Positions 1 to 10,006 of a stretch of DNA of 64,000 nucleotides are shown here, piece after piece (position 1 is the first letter of the stretch; each line of letters starts with the position of its first letter). The notes under the pieces are model-generated. The model searched no databases, was not told where the DNA came from, and saw nothing but the letters and a program-made list of their open reading frames with translations. Origin of the DNA: Nitrosopumilus sp. (GTDB taxonomy: Archaea > Thermoproteota > Nitrososphaeria > Nitrososphaerales > Nitrosopumilaceae); the NCBI GenBank assembly GCA_965219345.1, contig OZ244732.1:608001-672000 (forward strand), read 5' to 3'. Both the position numbers and the translations under genes were made by a program.

Positions 1-123
1 AATTACCAAATTAGAAATTATTTTAGCTTTAGCAAATCTATCATATGTTTTTGATATTGCAATTATTTCATCACTTGCAAGCTCTGGATAATCTTTAGAT
101 AAAATAAAAAAACTTTCTGGCAT
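1..123 (-). CDS. N-terminal part of a probable tRNA m2G10 methyltransferase (Trm11/TrmG10-like); runs off window start
   Basis: Manual translation MPESFFILSKDYPELASDEIIAISKTYDRFAK..., start overlaps the prs stop; resembles N-termini of archaeal THUMP-methylases. Confidence 0.55.
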   Translation of the reverse strand, partial: MPESFFILSKDYPELASDEIIAISKTYDRFAKAKIISNLVI

Positions 124-1004
124 TATATTATTGCCTGTGCAATTGTATTAGAAACATCAACGATTGATGTTTTACTTGGAATTGTATTTGCACAAACAAT
201 CTTTGAAACTCCTGCTTTTCCTATCCTTTTTTCAGCATCGTTCATTAAAAGAGCATGTGTACATGCAACATATACTCTATTACATTTTTGTTTTTTAAGA
301 AATTGTGTGGCTTTGATTATACTCCCTCCTGTACTAATCATATCATCAACTAAAATAAGATCTCTACCCACAACTTCATCTGTGTTTTTTGTTTTAATTT
401 GCACTTTGCCTGTTTTTCTATCCCTCTTCTTTTCTAGAGCAATATACTCTGATTCAAACTCTTTTGCAAATTCTTTTGCTCTGTCTTTTCCACCTTGATC
501 AGGAGATACAACTAAAGGGTTTTTCAGGCTCAATTTCTTAAAATATTTTGCTAGATCTGGAATTGCAGTTACATTTTTTGTTTTGATGGTAAAGTGCTTG
601 AACCCAATTATACTGTGAATATCAACTGCAATAATTTTTGATGCGCCAGCACCTTTGAATAATTTACCAAGAACTTTCATCGTAATAATTTCTCCTGGTA
701 AAAATTCTCTATCTTGTCTTGCGTATCCCATATACGGAATCACAGCAACTACTTCAGATGATTTTTCTTTAGCTTTTGAAATCAATGATAATACTTGAAC
801 TAGATTGGTATCAACAGGAGGATAAATTGATTGTACAACAACGGTTTTTCTTTTGGATAAATTTCCACTAAGCGTAATCTTACTTTCTCCGTCAGCAAAA
901 ACTCTAACTTGTGATTTTACAAGATTTGCCTTTATCTTTCTAGATAACTTTCTTGCTAAATCTTCAGAAGATTTACCTGCAATTACTGATAGTTTAGTCA
1001 ACAA
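123..1004 (-). CDS. prs: Ribose-phosphate pyrophosphokinase
   Basis: FADGE, PYMGYARQDR, VSPDQGG, ILVDDMISTGGS motifs. Confidence 0.97.
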   Translation of the reverse strand: MLTKLSVIAGKSSEDLARKLSRKIKANLVKSQVRVFADGESKITLSGNLSKRKTVVVQSIYPPVDTNLVQVLSLISKAKEKSSEVVAVIPYMGYARQDREFLPGEIITMKVLGKLFKGAGASKIIAVDIHSIIGFKHFTIKTKNVTAIPDLAKYFKKLSLKNPLVVSPDQGGKDRAKEFAKEFESEYIALEKKRDRKTGKVQIKTKNTDEVVGRDLILVDDMISTGGSIIKATQFLKKQKCNRVYVACTHALLMNDAEKRIGKAGVSKIVCANTIPSKTSIVDVSNTIAQAII

Positions 1005-1043
1005 GAAAATGTGATTTAATGGGATTCTTAAGTTTTGAGAAGA

Positions 1044-2786
1044 TCACTCATCTTCGCCACTACCACGACCAAGATCCCCTACACCATATTCATCAACAAC
1101 TCCCTTTCTCTGCTCATCAAGCTTGCTAATCTCCTCATGTTCACGCTTTTCATCTCCTTGGTATACTGTTCTAATTGGCCATGGAATTCTAATATCATAT
1201 CTCTTGAACTCTTCATACATGATTATTCTCATGTCTGTTTTAGTTTTGAACTGTGCACCATAATCTCTAACATAAACCCATAATGAAAAATCTAATGAGG
1301 AATCATTGAATTGGTTAAATCTTACAACCGGTTGATTTATGTCGACATGAATATCTTTATCACAACCGCAACTTGGTTGATTATTTTTTAAGTATGGACA
1401 TCGCATTTGTCTAATAAGATGTTTGCCTTTATCGTCAACTATTTCCTTCATTGCACGTTTTCCAACTTTTACAAGAATTGCTGAAACTTGTTTAGGATCA
1501 TTAAGATATGAAACACCTACGTCTACAATGGCGGGCACCATCTTTATTCCCTGTGTATAATTAATTACTTGAGCATTAACCAATTGTCTTGTCGGAATTA
1601 TTGCCACTGATTCGTTCAATGCATCTCTAACATAGGTTATCCTAGGCGTAATTTTGTGTATATAGCCATTATACCCTGTATCGAGTTTTACACGCTCACC
1701 TTCCACAAATATCTTATCCTTTCGAATGAAGATATAGGCAAAATAATTTTGCATAGTTTCTTGTAATGCCAAACCTAACCCGATTGCCAATCCTCCTGTG
1801 GCTGTAGCAAGTACAATCAAGTCTACTCCCCACCATGCAACTACGCCCAAAATTGTTGCAATAAAAATTCCTATTGGAAGAATTTGTTTTGCAGACTTTG
1901 GAATTCCTTCTCTTTTCTTTTTTGCATATCCTGGAGGACGAGAGCTTGGAATTAATGGTTCAAATCCATTTATTCTCTTTTCTTCTCTCCAAACATCAAT
2001 TGGAAATATCTCATCAGGCTTTGTACCTGGTTTTAACTTTCTTCCAGATTGATTATTACCAGTGATACAATTCTGATAATATTTTTCATATTTTGTACGT
2101 TCTGATTTTTTCCATTCTTCAAATGGTTTTTCAACTAATCTTTCATGTCCTCCAATTGGGTTTCCTTTTGTTGTACGAAATTGTTCCAATTGATCAATTC
2201 CTTTTTCTGTATTTAACAACTCCTGAAACTCTCTTTCATCAATATCTTCTGGAGTAGTCTTTGGTGGAACCCACTTGTACAATTTATGAAATAGATCGTC
2301 TTCATCATCAACAAATCCTCTCATTTCAAACCAAGCATCAAAATCCTCTCTTTCTAAGGTAGATTTTTCACGTTTAGCAAGGCTAATTGGAATAAGATGA
2401 GAAATAGTATAACCAATTACTAAAATGTTGAAAGTGTTGAGAATCTTTGCAAATGTTTCTTGAGGCGATATCTCTTCATTTCCAATTACCGCCAAGTCTT
2501 CTCCTAACAAAACACCAGTTTGTATGTGAACATTGATTGCAGTAATTAACGCAATTGCAAAAAATGGGAGAATAGCTCTACGTACAAATCTTGAAAAATG
2601 TGGTTTTTGGTAATAAAATTTCTGTGAACCTACCCAAGATGAAAGTTTTCTATAACCAATAGCTATTACAATTATACCTACAATCATTACAAAAAATGCA
2701 ATTTGAAGTGATTCAGATGATGCTAAAAGCTGTGATACAGTTTCAAATTCTCCTACAGAAATCTCTGTAACTCCTTCCTCAGCCAT
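1044..2786 (-). CDS. mscS: Small-conductance mechanosensitive channel (MscS family) with large insert
   Basis: GLAIGLGLALQETMQNYFA TM3 motif, FNQFNDSSLDFSL, IRIPWP. Confidence 0.9.
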   Translation of the reverse strand: MAEEGVTEISVGEFETVSQLLASSESLQIAFFVMIVGIIVIAIGYRKLSSWVGSQKFYYQKPHFSRFVRRAILPFFAIALITAINVHIQTGVLLGEDLAVIGNEEISPQETFAKILNTFNILVIGYTISHLIPISLAKREKSTLEREDFDAWFEMRGFVDDEDDLFHKLYKWVPPKTTPEDIDEREFQELLNTEKGIDQLEQFRTTKGNPIGGHERLVEKPFEEWKKSERTKYEKYYQNCITGNNQSGRKLKPGTKPDEIFPIDVWREEKRINGFEPLIPSSRPPGYAKKKREGIPKSAKQILPIGIFIATILGVVAWWGVDLIVLATATGGLAIGLGLALQETMQNYFAYIFIRKDKIFVEGERVKLDTGYNGYIHKITPRITYVRDALNESVAIIPTRQLVNAQVINYTQGIKMVPAIVDVGVSYLNDPKQVSAILVKVGKRAMKEIVDDKGKHLIRQMRCPYLKNNQPSCGCDKDIHVDINQPVVRFNQFNDSSLDFSLWVYVRDYGAQFKTKTDMRIIMYEEFKRYDIRIPWPIRTVYQGDEKREHEEISKLDEQRKGVVDEYGVGDLGRGSGEDE

Positions 2787-2911
2787 ATCTACTCAATTAA
2801 ATCACAGTTTAATATAGAATACAAAGTTAACTTCTATTATCATTCTTGATTGAAATTTTTATGCGTAACAGGCCTGTAACTTTTATCAAGGGTTAACATG
2901 CTATTTTCTGA

Positions 2912-4258
2912 ATGACCTATCAAGAATCGATTTGGGATGATTCACCCTCACTTAAAACATACACATTATCAAATTTTCGTGAACTTCCACAAATTCAGAA
3001 TCTTTCTGAAGAAACTAGATTTGAGATGGAAGTTGTAGGAAATGTTTTGCCATTTAAAGCAAACAACTATGTTGTTGAACAATTAATTGATTGGAACAAT
3101 ATCCCAAATGATCCAATGTATGTTTTGACTTTTCCCCAAAAAGGAATGTTGAAACCAGAACATTATGAAAAAATGGCAACTCTTTTAAAAAATAATCCTG
3201 ACAAAAAAGAAATAGCATCTGTTGCAAATGAAATTCGTTTACAACTAAATCCGCATCCAGCAGGACAAATGGAACTTAATGTACCAACACTAAAGGATGG
3301 AACCAAGTTGTATGGTATGCAACACAAATACAAGGAAACTTGTCTCTTCTTTCCAAGTCAAAGTCAAACTTGTCACGCATATTGTACTTTTTGTTTCAGA
3401 TGGCCACAATTTGTTGGAATGGATGAAATGAAATTTGCAATGCGAGAGGGTGAACAACTTGTTCAGTATCTTACAGAACATCCAGAAATTAGTGATGTAC
3501 TCTTTACAGGTGGTGATCCAATGATTATGAATGCAAAAATGTTTTCTAAATATATTGATGCTCTTGTTGAATCTAAACTCCCAAACCTCAAAACAATTAG
3601 AATTGGAACAAAAGCCCTTTCTTATTGGCCTTACAAATTTTTAACAGATTCTGATTCACCAGAAATGTTAGACATTTTTAGAAAGATTACTGATAACGGA
3701 TTACATCTAGCAATTATGGGCCACTTTAATCATCTGAATGAATTATCAACAGATGCTGTAAAATCTGCAATTAAGGAAGTTAGAAAAACTGGTGCTGAAA
3801 TTAGAACACAATCTCCACTTTTAGCACGTATCAATGATGATGCAGAAATGTGGGCAAAAATGTGGAGTAAGCAGGTTCAGTTGGGATGTATTCCGTACTA
3901 CATGTTTGTAGTTAGGGATACTGGTGCCCAACACTACTTTGGAATTCCTCTAGTGAAGGCATATGAAATTTTTACTAAGGCATATTCTGCTGTAAGTGGA
4001 TTAGCAAGAACTGTTCGTGGACCTAGTATGTCTGCAACTCCAGGAAAAGTGCAGGTTGTTGGAACTACCAATATCAATGAACAGAAGGTAATAATTCTGA
4101 GATTTTTGCAGGGTAGAAATCCTAATTGGGTACATGAACCATTCTTTGCAAAATATGATGAGAATGCAATTTGGTTAGATGATCTAAAACCGGCATTTTC
4201 TGAAAAATTCTTCTTTGAAGATGAATTAAACAATATCAAAACATCAAAAATGAATTAG
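2912..4258 (+). CDS. KamA-family radical SAM aminomutase (lysine/glutamate 2,3-aminomutase-like)
   Basis: CHAYCTFCFR, VLFTGGDP, IRIGTK, HFNH, QSPLL, IPYYMF. Confidence 0.9.
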   Translation: MTYQESIWDDSPSLKTYTLSNFRELPQIQNLSEETRFEMEVVGNVLPFKANNYVVEQLIDWNNIPNDPMYVLTFPQKGMLKPEHYEKMATLLKNNPDKKEIASVANEIRLQLNPHPAGQMELNVPTLKDGTKLYGMQHKYKETCLFFPSQSQTCHAYCTFCFRWPQFVGMDEMKFAMREGEQLVQYLTEHPEISDVLFTGGDPMIMNAKMFSKYIDALVESKLPNLKTIRIGTKALSYWPYKFLTDSDSPEMLDIFRKITDNGLHLAIMGHFNHLNELSTDAVKSAIKEVRKTGAEIRTQSPLLARINDDAEMWAKMWSKQVQLGCIPYYMFVVRDTGAQHYFGIPLVKAYEIFTKAYSAVSGLARTVRGPSMSATPGKVQVVGTTNINEQKVIILRFLQGRNPNWVHEPFFAKYDENAIWLDDLKPAFSEKFFFEDELNNIKTSKMN

Positions 4259-4325
4259 ACTTTATCATATAGTGTAATAACCTACAAGTATGGAATCATG
4301 AAAAATTAACCTGGTTGGTGTAAGT

Positions 4326-5480
4326 ATGGCAGAAAACAATTATGATATTTTAGGAATCGCGGAAGGTTCAACTAAGAAAGAAATTCGAGATGCATTTAGA
4401 CGATTAGCATTACAATTTCACTCAGATCGTGGTGGGGAAAATGAGCAATTCATAAAAATAAAACAAGCATATGAGGATCTCAAAATCGGTAAAAAATATC
4501 CTGATACAGACATTGAAAAAATAAAAAACTCTAGAGTATTTTCTGGTGATACTGAAGCTGATGTTAGAAGAAAGAATCAGATTCTAGGCCAACAATTATC
4601 CAAAGAAATGAAAGCTGCTGAGGAATGGGCAGCAGCCTTGAACAGATCAAATTCAACTGCAACAAGACTATTTGGATCAAAAACTCTTGGAGAAATTGAA
4701 CTAGAAAGAAAAGCAAATGGCGCTTTATCAATTAAAGGAAATTTCATGGCTGGAAATCTAACATATGATGGTCCAATAGTTATGCAAGGAAGTATAACTA
4801 GTCCATCATGGACACAAGAATTTAAAACAAACATACGTCTGACTAAAGGAGATTTCAAATTTGTTAATCCTTTAGAAACTAAATACAAAATTGAGAATGG
4901 CGCTAGAATTATTGTAGATAATGGAGATATTATAGTAGGAAATATCTTTGGTAGAAAATATAGAGTTGAAGATCCAGATGGAAGAGTTGGCATCTTTCAT
5001 ATTCAAGAACATAGAACACATATTTCAGCCCCCAATGGAAAAATTATTGCTGAAAATGTAGTAAACACTGTTTTACTTGATGCTGATACAATTATTATTC
5101 TCAATATTGAAGATGATGTAACATTATCTGCACGTGAAATTTTATTTTATGGAGGCAAATTCACCCATGATTCTGTAATTGAATTAAAACAAGGTGGCTC
5201 AATACGATTTTTTGAAAACTTTTCAATTCAAGGATTAAGTGGTGATGCAATGATTAAACTTGAAAATGGTAAACAAATTCGATTGTTCGATCTCAAAATC
5301 AAAAAAATTAAAGATTTAGCTGATGAATTTGTACCTAACAAGGAGAACTATGCAAAAGATGCTACTATGATCGGATTTGGATTTATAATTACATATGATA
5401 TGTTAGATAATCTTTCAAAGAAACCAACTAAAAAACAAAAAAATGGGTGGGCATCAAAATTTGGTTTTTCTAAAAATTAA
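4326..5480 (+). CDS. J-domain protein with beta-rich C-terminal region
   Basis: NYDILGI...AFRRLALQFHSDRGG...FIKIKQAYE. Confidence 0.85.
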   Translation: MAENNYDILGIAEGSTKKEIRDAFRRLALQFHSDRGGENEQFIKIKQAYEDLKIGKKYPDTDIEKIKNSRVFSGDTEADVRRKNQILGQQLSKEMKAAEEWAAALNRSNSTATRLFGSKTLGEIELERKANGALSIKGNFMAGNLTYDGPIVMQGSITSPSWTQEFKTNIRLTKGDFKFVNPLETKYKIENGARIIVDNGDIIVGNIFGRKYRVEDPDGRVGIFHIQEHRTHISAPNGKIIAENVVNTVLLDADTIIILNIEDDVTLSAREILFYGGKFTHDSVIELKQGGSIRFFENFSIQGLSGDAMIKLENGKQIRLFDLKIKKIKDLADEFVPNKENYAKDATMIGFGFIITYDMLDNLSKKPTKKQKNGWASKFGFSKN

Positions 5481-5543
5481 TCAACAATATAGCTGAAAAC
5501 AACCTAAAATAATAAAAAGAAATTAAAAAATGATTGAACTAAT

Positions 5544-5843
5544 CTAATCGATTAATTCGGTCCAACCTTTTACGAAGACTGAGTCTTTGTGAAGTGGAAC
5601 TGGTTGTCCAACTGTAAAGTCCATTGGTCTCATCCAAAAGATTGCTTTTGTTGGGCATACACCTATGCATGCACCATCTGTGATGCATCTTTCTGGATAA
5701 AATACAAATGCTTTACCTCTCTTCCAGCCTTCTACTGGTTTTACTCTAAGGACATCTGGACCAAGTGTTGTACAGATTTCTACACATAGTGCACAACCTA
5801 TACACATCTGTTCACTGATGTCTGGAAGTATTGCTACTGGCAT
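5544..5843 (-). CDS. 4Fe-4S dicluster-type ferredoxin
   Basis: CIGCALCVEIC and CITDGACIGVCP. Confidence 0.93.
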   Translation of the reverse strand: MPVAILPDISEQMCIGCALCVEICTTLGPDVLRVKPVEGWKRGKAFVFYPERCITDGACIGVCPTKAIFWMRPMDFTVGQPVPLHKDSVFVKGWTELID

Positions 5844-5937
5844 TATGAAAAATTTTATAATTTTTGGCTTAATATAACTTGCCTAAAAATATCGAGCTAT
5901 AACGGCGTTTCAAATTTTGATCGCATAAAAATCAAAA

Positions 5938-6561
5938 TCAACCATTTTCTTGTTCTATTTTGAATATCTTTGAATTTGTATCAATATCTTCAAGAGTTCT
6001 GATCACTAAATGATTTTCAATTTTTTTAAGAAAATAAATCCCTGTTTTTCTTGATTTTATGAACTGTTTTCCTCCTGGTGATAATATCCATTCATTATTT
6101 TCTTTCTTTCTTGCTATCGCAGTTACAACAACAGATGAACTTGTTTTTCTCCCAACAGATGAGAGTAACATGATACATGAATTGATGAATCTTGCAGATT
6201 CAAGATCATCAAACATATTGTAAACTCCATTAAACGAATCAATTACAACTAGGAATTTCTTCTTTGATACTTCACTTATGATCTCTGATAATTTTTCTTT
6301 CCAACTTACTTTGTTAGGATGAAAAATTATCACATTATTTTTTTTCTGAATCATTCCAGATTCAACATATCCAGTATAAAGTAAATCCATATCTACAAAA
6401 ATTATTGGGCTTGTAACAGAATTGATTAGTCTGTTAAGAAACTCTGCTTTGTGGAAGGGTTCTGAACATAACACAATACTTGGTATGTTATCCTCAAATT
6501 CATTTTTAATATATATTAAATTATTATCTAAAATCTGCTCAGGACTTTTATCCAACACCAC
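5938..6561 (-). CDS. Hypothetical protein, possibly a degenerate RecA/KaiC-like fold
   Basis: 207-aa ORF; LVVIDS Walker-B-like motif, no intact Walker A. Confidence 0.55.
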   Translation of the reverse strand: MVLDKSPEQILDNNLIYIKNEFEDNIPSIVLCSEPFHKAEFLNRLINSVTSPIIFVDMDLLYTGYVESGMIQKKNNVIIFHPNKVSWKEKLSEIISEVSKKKFLVVIDSFNGVYNMFDDLESARFINSCIMLLSSVGRKTSSSVVVTAIARKKENNEWILSPGGKQFIKSRKTGIYFLKKIENHLVIRTLEDIDTNSKIFKIEQENG

Positions 6562-6584
6562 TTTAGCATTTTACAGATATAATA

Positions 6585-7736
6585 ATGAATTTAGTATCAG
6601 AAGATATTTCAGGTGATTTTCCTAATTCCGGTAAAATCTATCTAAACAATGCATCAGTATCTCTAATTCCTTCTCAAAGTATTGAAGCTATGAAAGAATT
6701 TCTGATCTCATACAATTCAATTGGACCCGATTCTAAGGATTCAGAAACATTTGTTACTGAAAAACTACGTAACGTAAGAAAAATAATTGCAAAGATCATA
6801 TCCTGTCAACCTGATGAAGTTGTTCTTACTCAAAGTACTACTGACGGGATCAATATTGTGGCAAATGGTCTCTCTTTTGATGCTGGCTCCAACATAATAA
6901 TTCGTGGAATGACACACGAACATCATTCAAACTTTTATCCATGGATTAAATTAAAAGAAAAAATTTCAATAAAAAATCTTCCCATTGACAGAAACGGTTT
7001 TTTCAAATTAGATGATCTAGAATCCTATATTGATGTCAATACAAAACTAGTATCTCTAAGTCATGCTTTGTATAATACTGGTTCAATATTGCCTGTGGAA
7101 GAAATCGGAAATATTCTTCAAGATAGAGTTCCATTCTTTATTGATAGTGCACAAACTGTAGGATGTGTAGGAGACATTGATGTGTCTAAGATTAAATGCA
7201 ATTTCATGTCATTTAACGGCTCCAAATGGCTTTGTGGCCCAATGGGAACTGGCCTGTTTTACTGTAATAGAAAATCAAGCGAATTATTAGAACCAGTGAC
7301 AATTGGTGGTGAATCTGCAATAATTTATGATGATACAAATCTTGCTTTCAAAGAACTACCAGACAAATTTCAAACTGGTTTTAGAAATTATGTAGGAATA
7401 GTTGGATTGGAATCATCTATAAGCTACTTACTAAACTTTGGGTTAAAAAATATTCGTGAAAAAAATCAATACTTGTCAAATCTTTTCAGAGAAGAATTAT
7501 CAAAAATTCCTAATGTAATTTTGTATGGACCAGAAGATCCAAATGATAGAACCAGTATCGTATCTTTTAATATCGATGGTTTTGATTCACAAGAAATAGT
7601 AGATAAACTTGAAAAACAAAATATTATTTTGGCAGTAAGAGAAATTATGGAAAAAAAGATTGTACGAGCATCTCCTCACTTTTTTAATACAGAACATGAA
7701 ATGCTTCAGGTAATTGATGCAATAAAGAAACTATAG
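6585..7736 (+). CDS. Class V PLP aminotransferase / cysteine desulfurase-like
   Basis: YLNNASVS, EHHSN, IDSAQ, FNGSKWLCGPMGTG, RASPHFFN. Confidence 0.92.
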   Translation: MNLVSEDISGDFPNSGKIYLNNASVSLIPSQSIEAMKEFLISYNSIGPDSKDSETFVTEKLRNVRKIIAKIISCQPDEVVLTQSTTDGINIVANGLSFDAGSNIIIRGMTHEHHSNFYPWIKLKEKISIKNLPIDRNGFFKLDDLESYIDVNTKLVSLSHALYNTGSILPVEEIGNILQDRVPFFIDSAQTVGCVGDIDVSKIKCNFMSFNGSKWLCGPMGTGLFYCNRKSSELLEPVTIGGESAIIYDDTNLAFKELPDKFQTGFRNYVGIVGLESSISYLLNFGLKNIREKNQYLSNLFREELSKIPNVILYGPEDPNDRTSIVSFNIDGFDSQEIVDKLEKQNIILAVREIMEKKIVRASPHFFNTEHEMLQVIDAIKKL

Positions 7737-7988
7737 GTTTTCTTGTTCTTCTATTACCATCATAGTCAATGTTGATTGAACTTTGCTGATTTTTCTGACT
7801 TTATCAGTGATAATTGCACGTAATTTTTCACCATCATCAGAAGACAACTTCAAAACAATGTCGTATACTCCATACACTCCTTGAACCTCAGATGTGACAT
7901 CTTCTTCAGCAAGAATCTGCTTAACTTCATTAATGATTGACTCATCTGATCCTAAATCAGAATTTAATAAAACATACGCAGTAGGCAC
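7731..7988 (-). CDS. Lrp/AsnC ligand-binding (RAM) domain protein
   Basis: AYVLLN...VYGVYDIVLK...KVRKISKVQSTLTM. Confidence 0.9.
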   Translation of the reverse strand: MPTAYVLLNSDLGSDESIINEVKQILAEEDVTSEVQGVYGVYDIVLKLSSDDGEKLRAIITDKVRKISKVQSTLTMMVIEEQENL

Positions 7989-8063
7989 ATGAAATTTTTC
8001 ATTAAACAGTATTTAACCTTTCATAGTTTGAAAACTGATTAATTACCATTCTGATTTGTTGAT

Positions 8064-8705
8064 ATGAAACCAATAGATCTAACATTAACAATATCAAAAT
8101 CTATTCCAACCTTTCCTGGTTCTCCAAAACCTCAATTCATTTATTGGTCTAATCTCAAGGATGATGGGTATAATCTTGAATTATTGTTCTTAAGTTCGCA
8201 CACTGGAACACATCTTGATGCACCATATCATTTTGTAAAAAATGGTCTTAAAATCCACCAAATTCTACTTAATAGGCTAGTAGGAAAAGCTACAATAATC
8301 AAACTCCAAAAAACTAAGAATACTGCAATTACTAAATTAGATATTACTACATTTGAAAAAAAGAATGGAAAGATTTCCAACCACACATCCGTCTTCTTCT
8401 TTACTGGATGGCAAAAAAATTTGAAAAAAGATAATTACTTTACAGAAAATCCAGGATTGTCCACATCAGCCGCTAAATATCTTGCATCAAAAAATATCAA
8501 TCTAGTTGGAATAGATTCTCCAAGCATAGATCTCGGAAAAGATGAGTCATTTAGTGTTCATCATATTTTGTCAAAAAATAATATCTTGATTGTAGAAAAT
8601 TTAGCAAACTTGAATAAAATTTCATCAAAGGAATTTAATTTTACAATTCTTCCACTAAAGCTTAAAGATGCTACGGGTTCTCCTGTAAGAGCAGTAGCAT
8701 CATAA
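8064..8705 (+). CDS. Cyclase family metal-dependent hydrolase (kynurenine formamidase-like)
   Basis: HTGTHLDAPYH, GIDSPS, IVENL, GSPVRAVA. Confidence 0.93.
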   Translation: MKPIDLTLTISKSIPTFPGSPKPQFIYWSNLKDDGYNLELLFLSSHTGTHLDAPYHFVKNGLKIHQILLNRLVGKATIIKLQKTKNTAITKLDITTFEKKNGKISNHTSVFFFTGWQKNLKKDNYFTENPGLSTSAAKYLASKNINLVGIDSPSIDLGKDESFSVHHILSKNNILIVENLANLNKISSKEFNFTILPLKLKDATGSPVRAVAS

Positions 8706-8760
8706 TTTACTCATATCAAATTCCGTAATGTCTAAAATATAGAAAATATCAACATCTCAT

Positions 8761-9255
8761 ATGAGCAAGCCTGGAAATATTTGGAGAAAGGTTCATGGTA
8801 AAATAACAAAAAAACCAACTAACTTTTCTTGGCTAATTGAAGAAAAATTAGCTGGTTCTGGAATGCCAACAAGTTTTGATGAATTTGATTGGGTTCTAAA
8901 CCAAGGAGTAAAATCAATTGTAACTATGACTGAGAACGCTTTACCAGATAGCTGGATAAAAAATATTAATTATCTGCATGTGCCAACCCCTGATCTTACT
9001 GCTCCTGATATGGATGAAATAGATTCAGCAGTAGATTTTATCCATGAACAAATCAAAAATGATCAGGCAGTCATGGTCCATTGTGCTGCTGGAATGGGAA
9101 GAGCAGGAACAATTCTTGCATGCTACTTTGTAAAACACAAAAAATTTTCAACAGATGAAGCAATTAAAAAAATTAGAGATGAAAGACCTGGCTCCATTCA
9201 ATCTGAAATACAAGAACTAGCTATTGGTTTTTATGAAAAACATGTAAGAAATTAG
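8761..9255 (+). CDS. Dual-specificity protein phosphatase
   Basis: VHCAAGMGRAGT (HCX5R). Confidence 0.95.
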   Translation: MSKPGNIWRKVHGKITKKPTNFSWLIEEKLAGSGMPTSFDEFDWVLNQGVKSIVTMTENALPDSWIKNINYLHVPTPDLTAPDMDEIDSAVDFIHEQIKNDQAVMVHCAAGMGRAGTILACYFVKHKKFSTDEAIKKIRDERPGSIQSEIQELAIGFYEKHVRN

Positions 9256-9256
9256 T

Positions 9257-9403
9257 TTAGACGAATTCTGAAACTAATTTTTCATCTACAACCTTTATCT
9301 TCAAAGTCTTGTCATCTTGAAAGATCAGAGTTAATCCGCCTTCTGAATCAGGATCTTCTATCTTTACAAGTTCTACCATTTTGATTGAATCATATTTTCC
9401 CAT
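9257..9403 (-). CDS. 48-aa small protein, paralog of 9414-9566
   Basis: MGKYDSIKMVELVKIEDPDSEGGLTLIFQDDKTLKIKVVDEKLVSEFV; GGTGA SD upstream. Confidence 0.8.
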   Translation of the reverse strand: MGKYDSIKMVELVKIEDPDSEGGLTLIFQDDKTLKIKVVDEKLVSEFV

Positions 9404-9413
9404 TTACATTCAC

Positions 9414-9566
9414 CTATTCTGGAATCGATACGGTCTCAATTTTTCCATCAACTACTTTTACGAACAAAAACCTGTTGTCTTTAATAATAAAGGTAATTCC
9501 ACCTTCCTTATCTGGTTCTTCTACTTCGAGTATTGGTTGTCCTAACAGACCATCGTATTTTGCCAT
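9414..9566 (-). CDS. 50-aa small protein, paralog of 9257-9403
   Basis: MAKYDGLLGQPILEVEEPDKEGGITFIIKDNRFLFVKVVDGKIETVSIPE. Confidence 0.8.
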   Translation of the reverse strand: MAKYDGLLGQPILEVEEPDKEGGITFIIKDNRFLFVKVVDGKIETVSIPE

Positions 9567-9714
9567 GTTGATTCAATTAAAAAGTTCCTTATATCCCTAA
9601 TTGACTAGAATATTTTTTTATAATAACCGACATTTCAGTCACATGTCAGTCCGTTACAGGACTGCATTTGTTGACCAGTTCTATTTTTTCCTATTTTGTA
9701 ATTTTTTGAGCCTG

Positions 9715-9990
9715 ATGGTGACAAAAAAAGCAGTATTTTTAGTAGATTTACTGTTGGAAGGAGACATCAGGCTACGAGATGGAATGATTGATCCTTCAAA
9801 GATGTGGAATTCTGAAAATGATCAGTTTCACAGTTTAGTTCAAACATTTGCCGGACTATTGGATCAGAATATTCTGATTTTGAAAACATTGAGAAAGGAG
9901 CTTGTAGGAAATTGCAAGCATCCCAAAAGAATGAGAGATAAAACCTCCAAAGGACAGTGGTATTGAATGAATTGTAATTTAGATTTATGA
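9715..9990 (+). pseudogene. C-terminal Zn-finger protein (CxH...CxxC) with in-frame TGA at a conserved Cys
   Basis: ...CKHPKRMRDKTSKGQWY*MNCNLDL aligns to ...CKHPKKYQDRMKNGSLYCMNCNIDL of 37644-37913; TGA at 9964-9966. Confidence 0.8.
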
Positions 9991-10006
9991 TTTGTTTTTC
10001 TTAATA

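Noticed and set aside
9964-9966. Selenocysteine codon
   Set aside because: No obvious SECIS hairpin downstream, Sec machinery is not established for this lineage, and the islands contain TAA, TAG and frameshift lesions typical of decay
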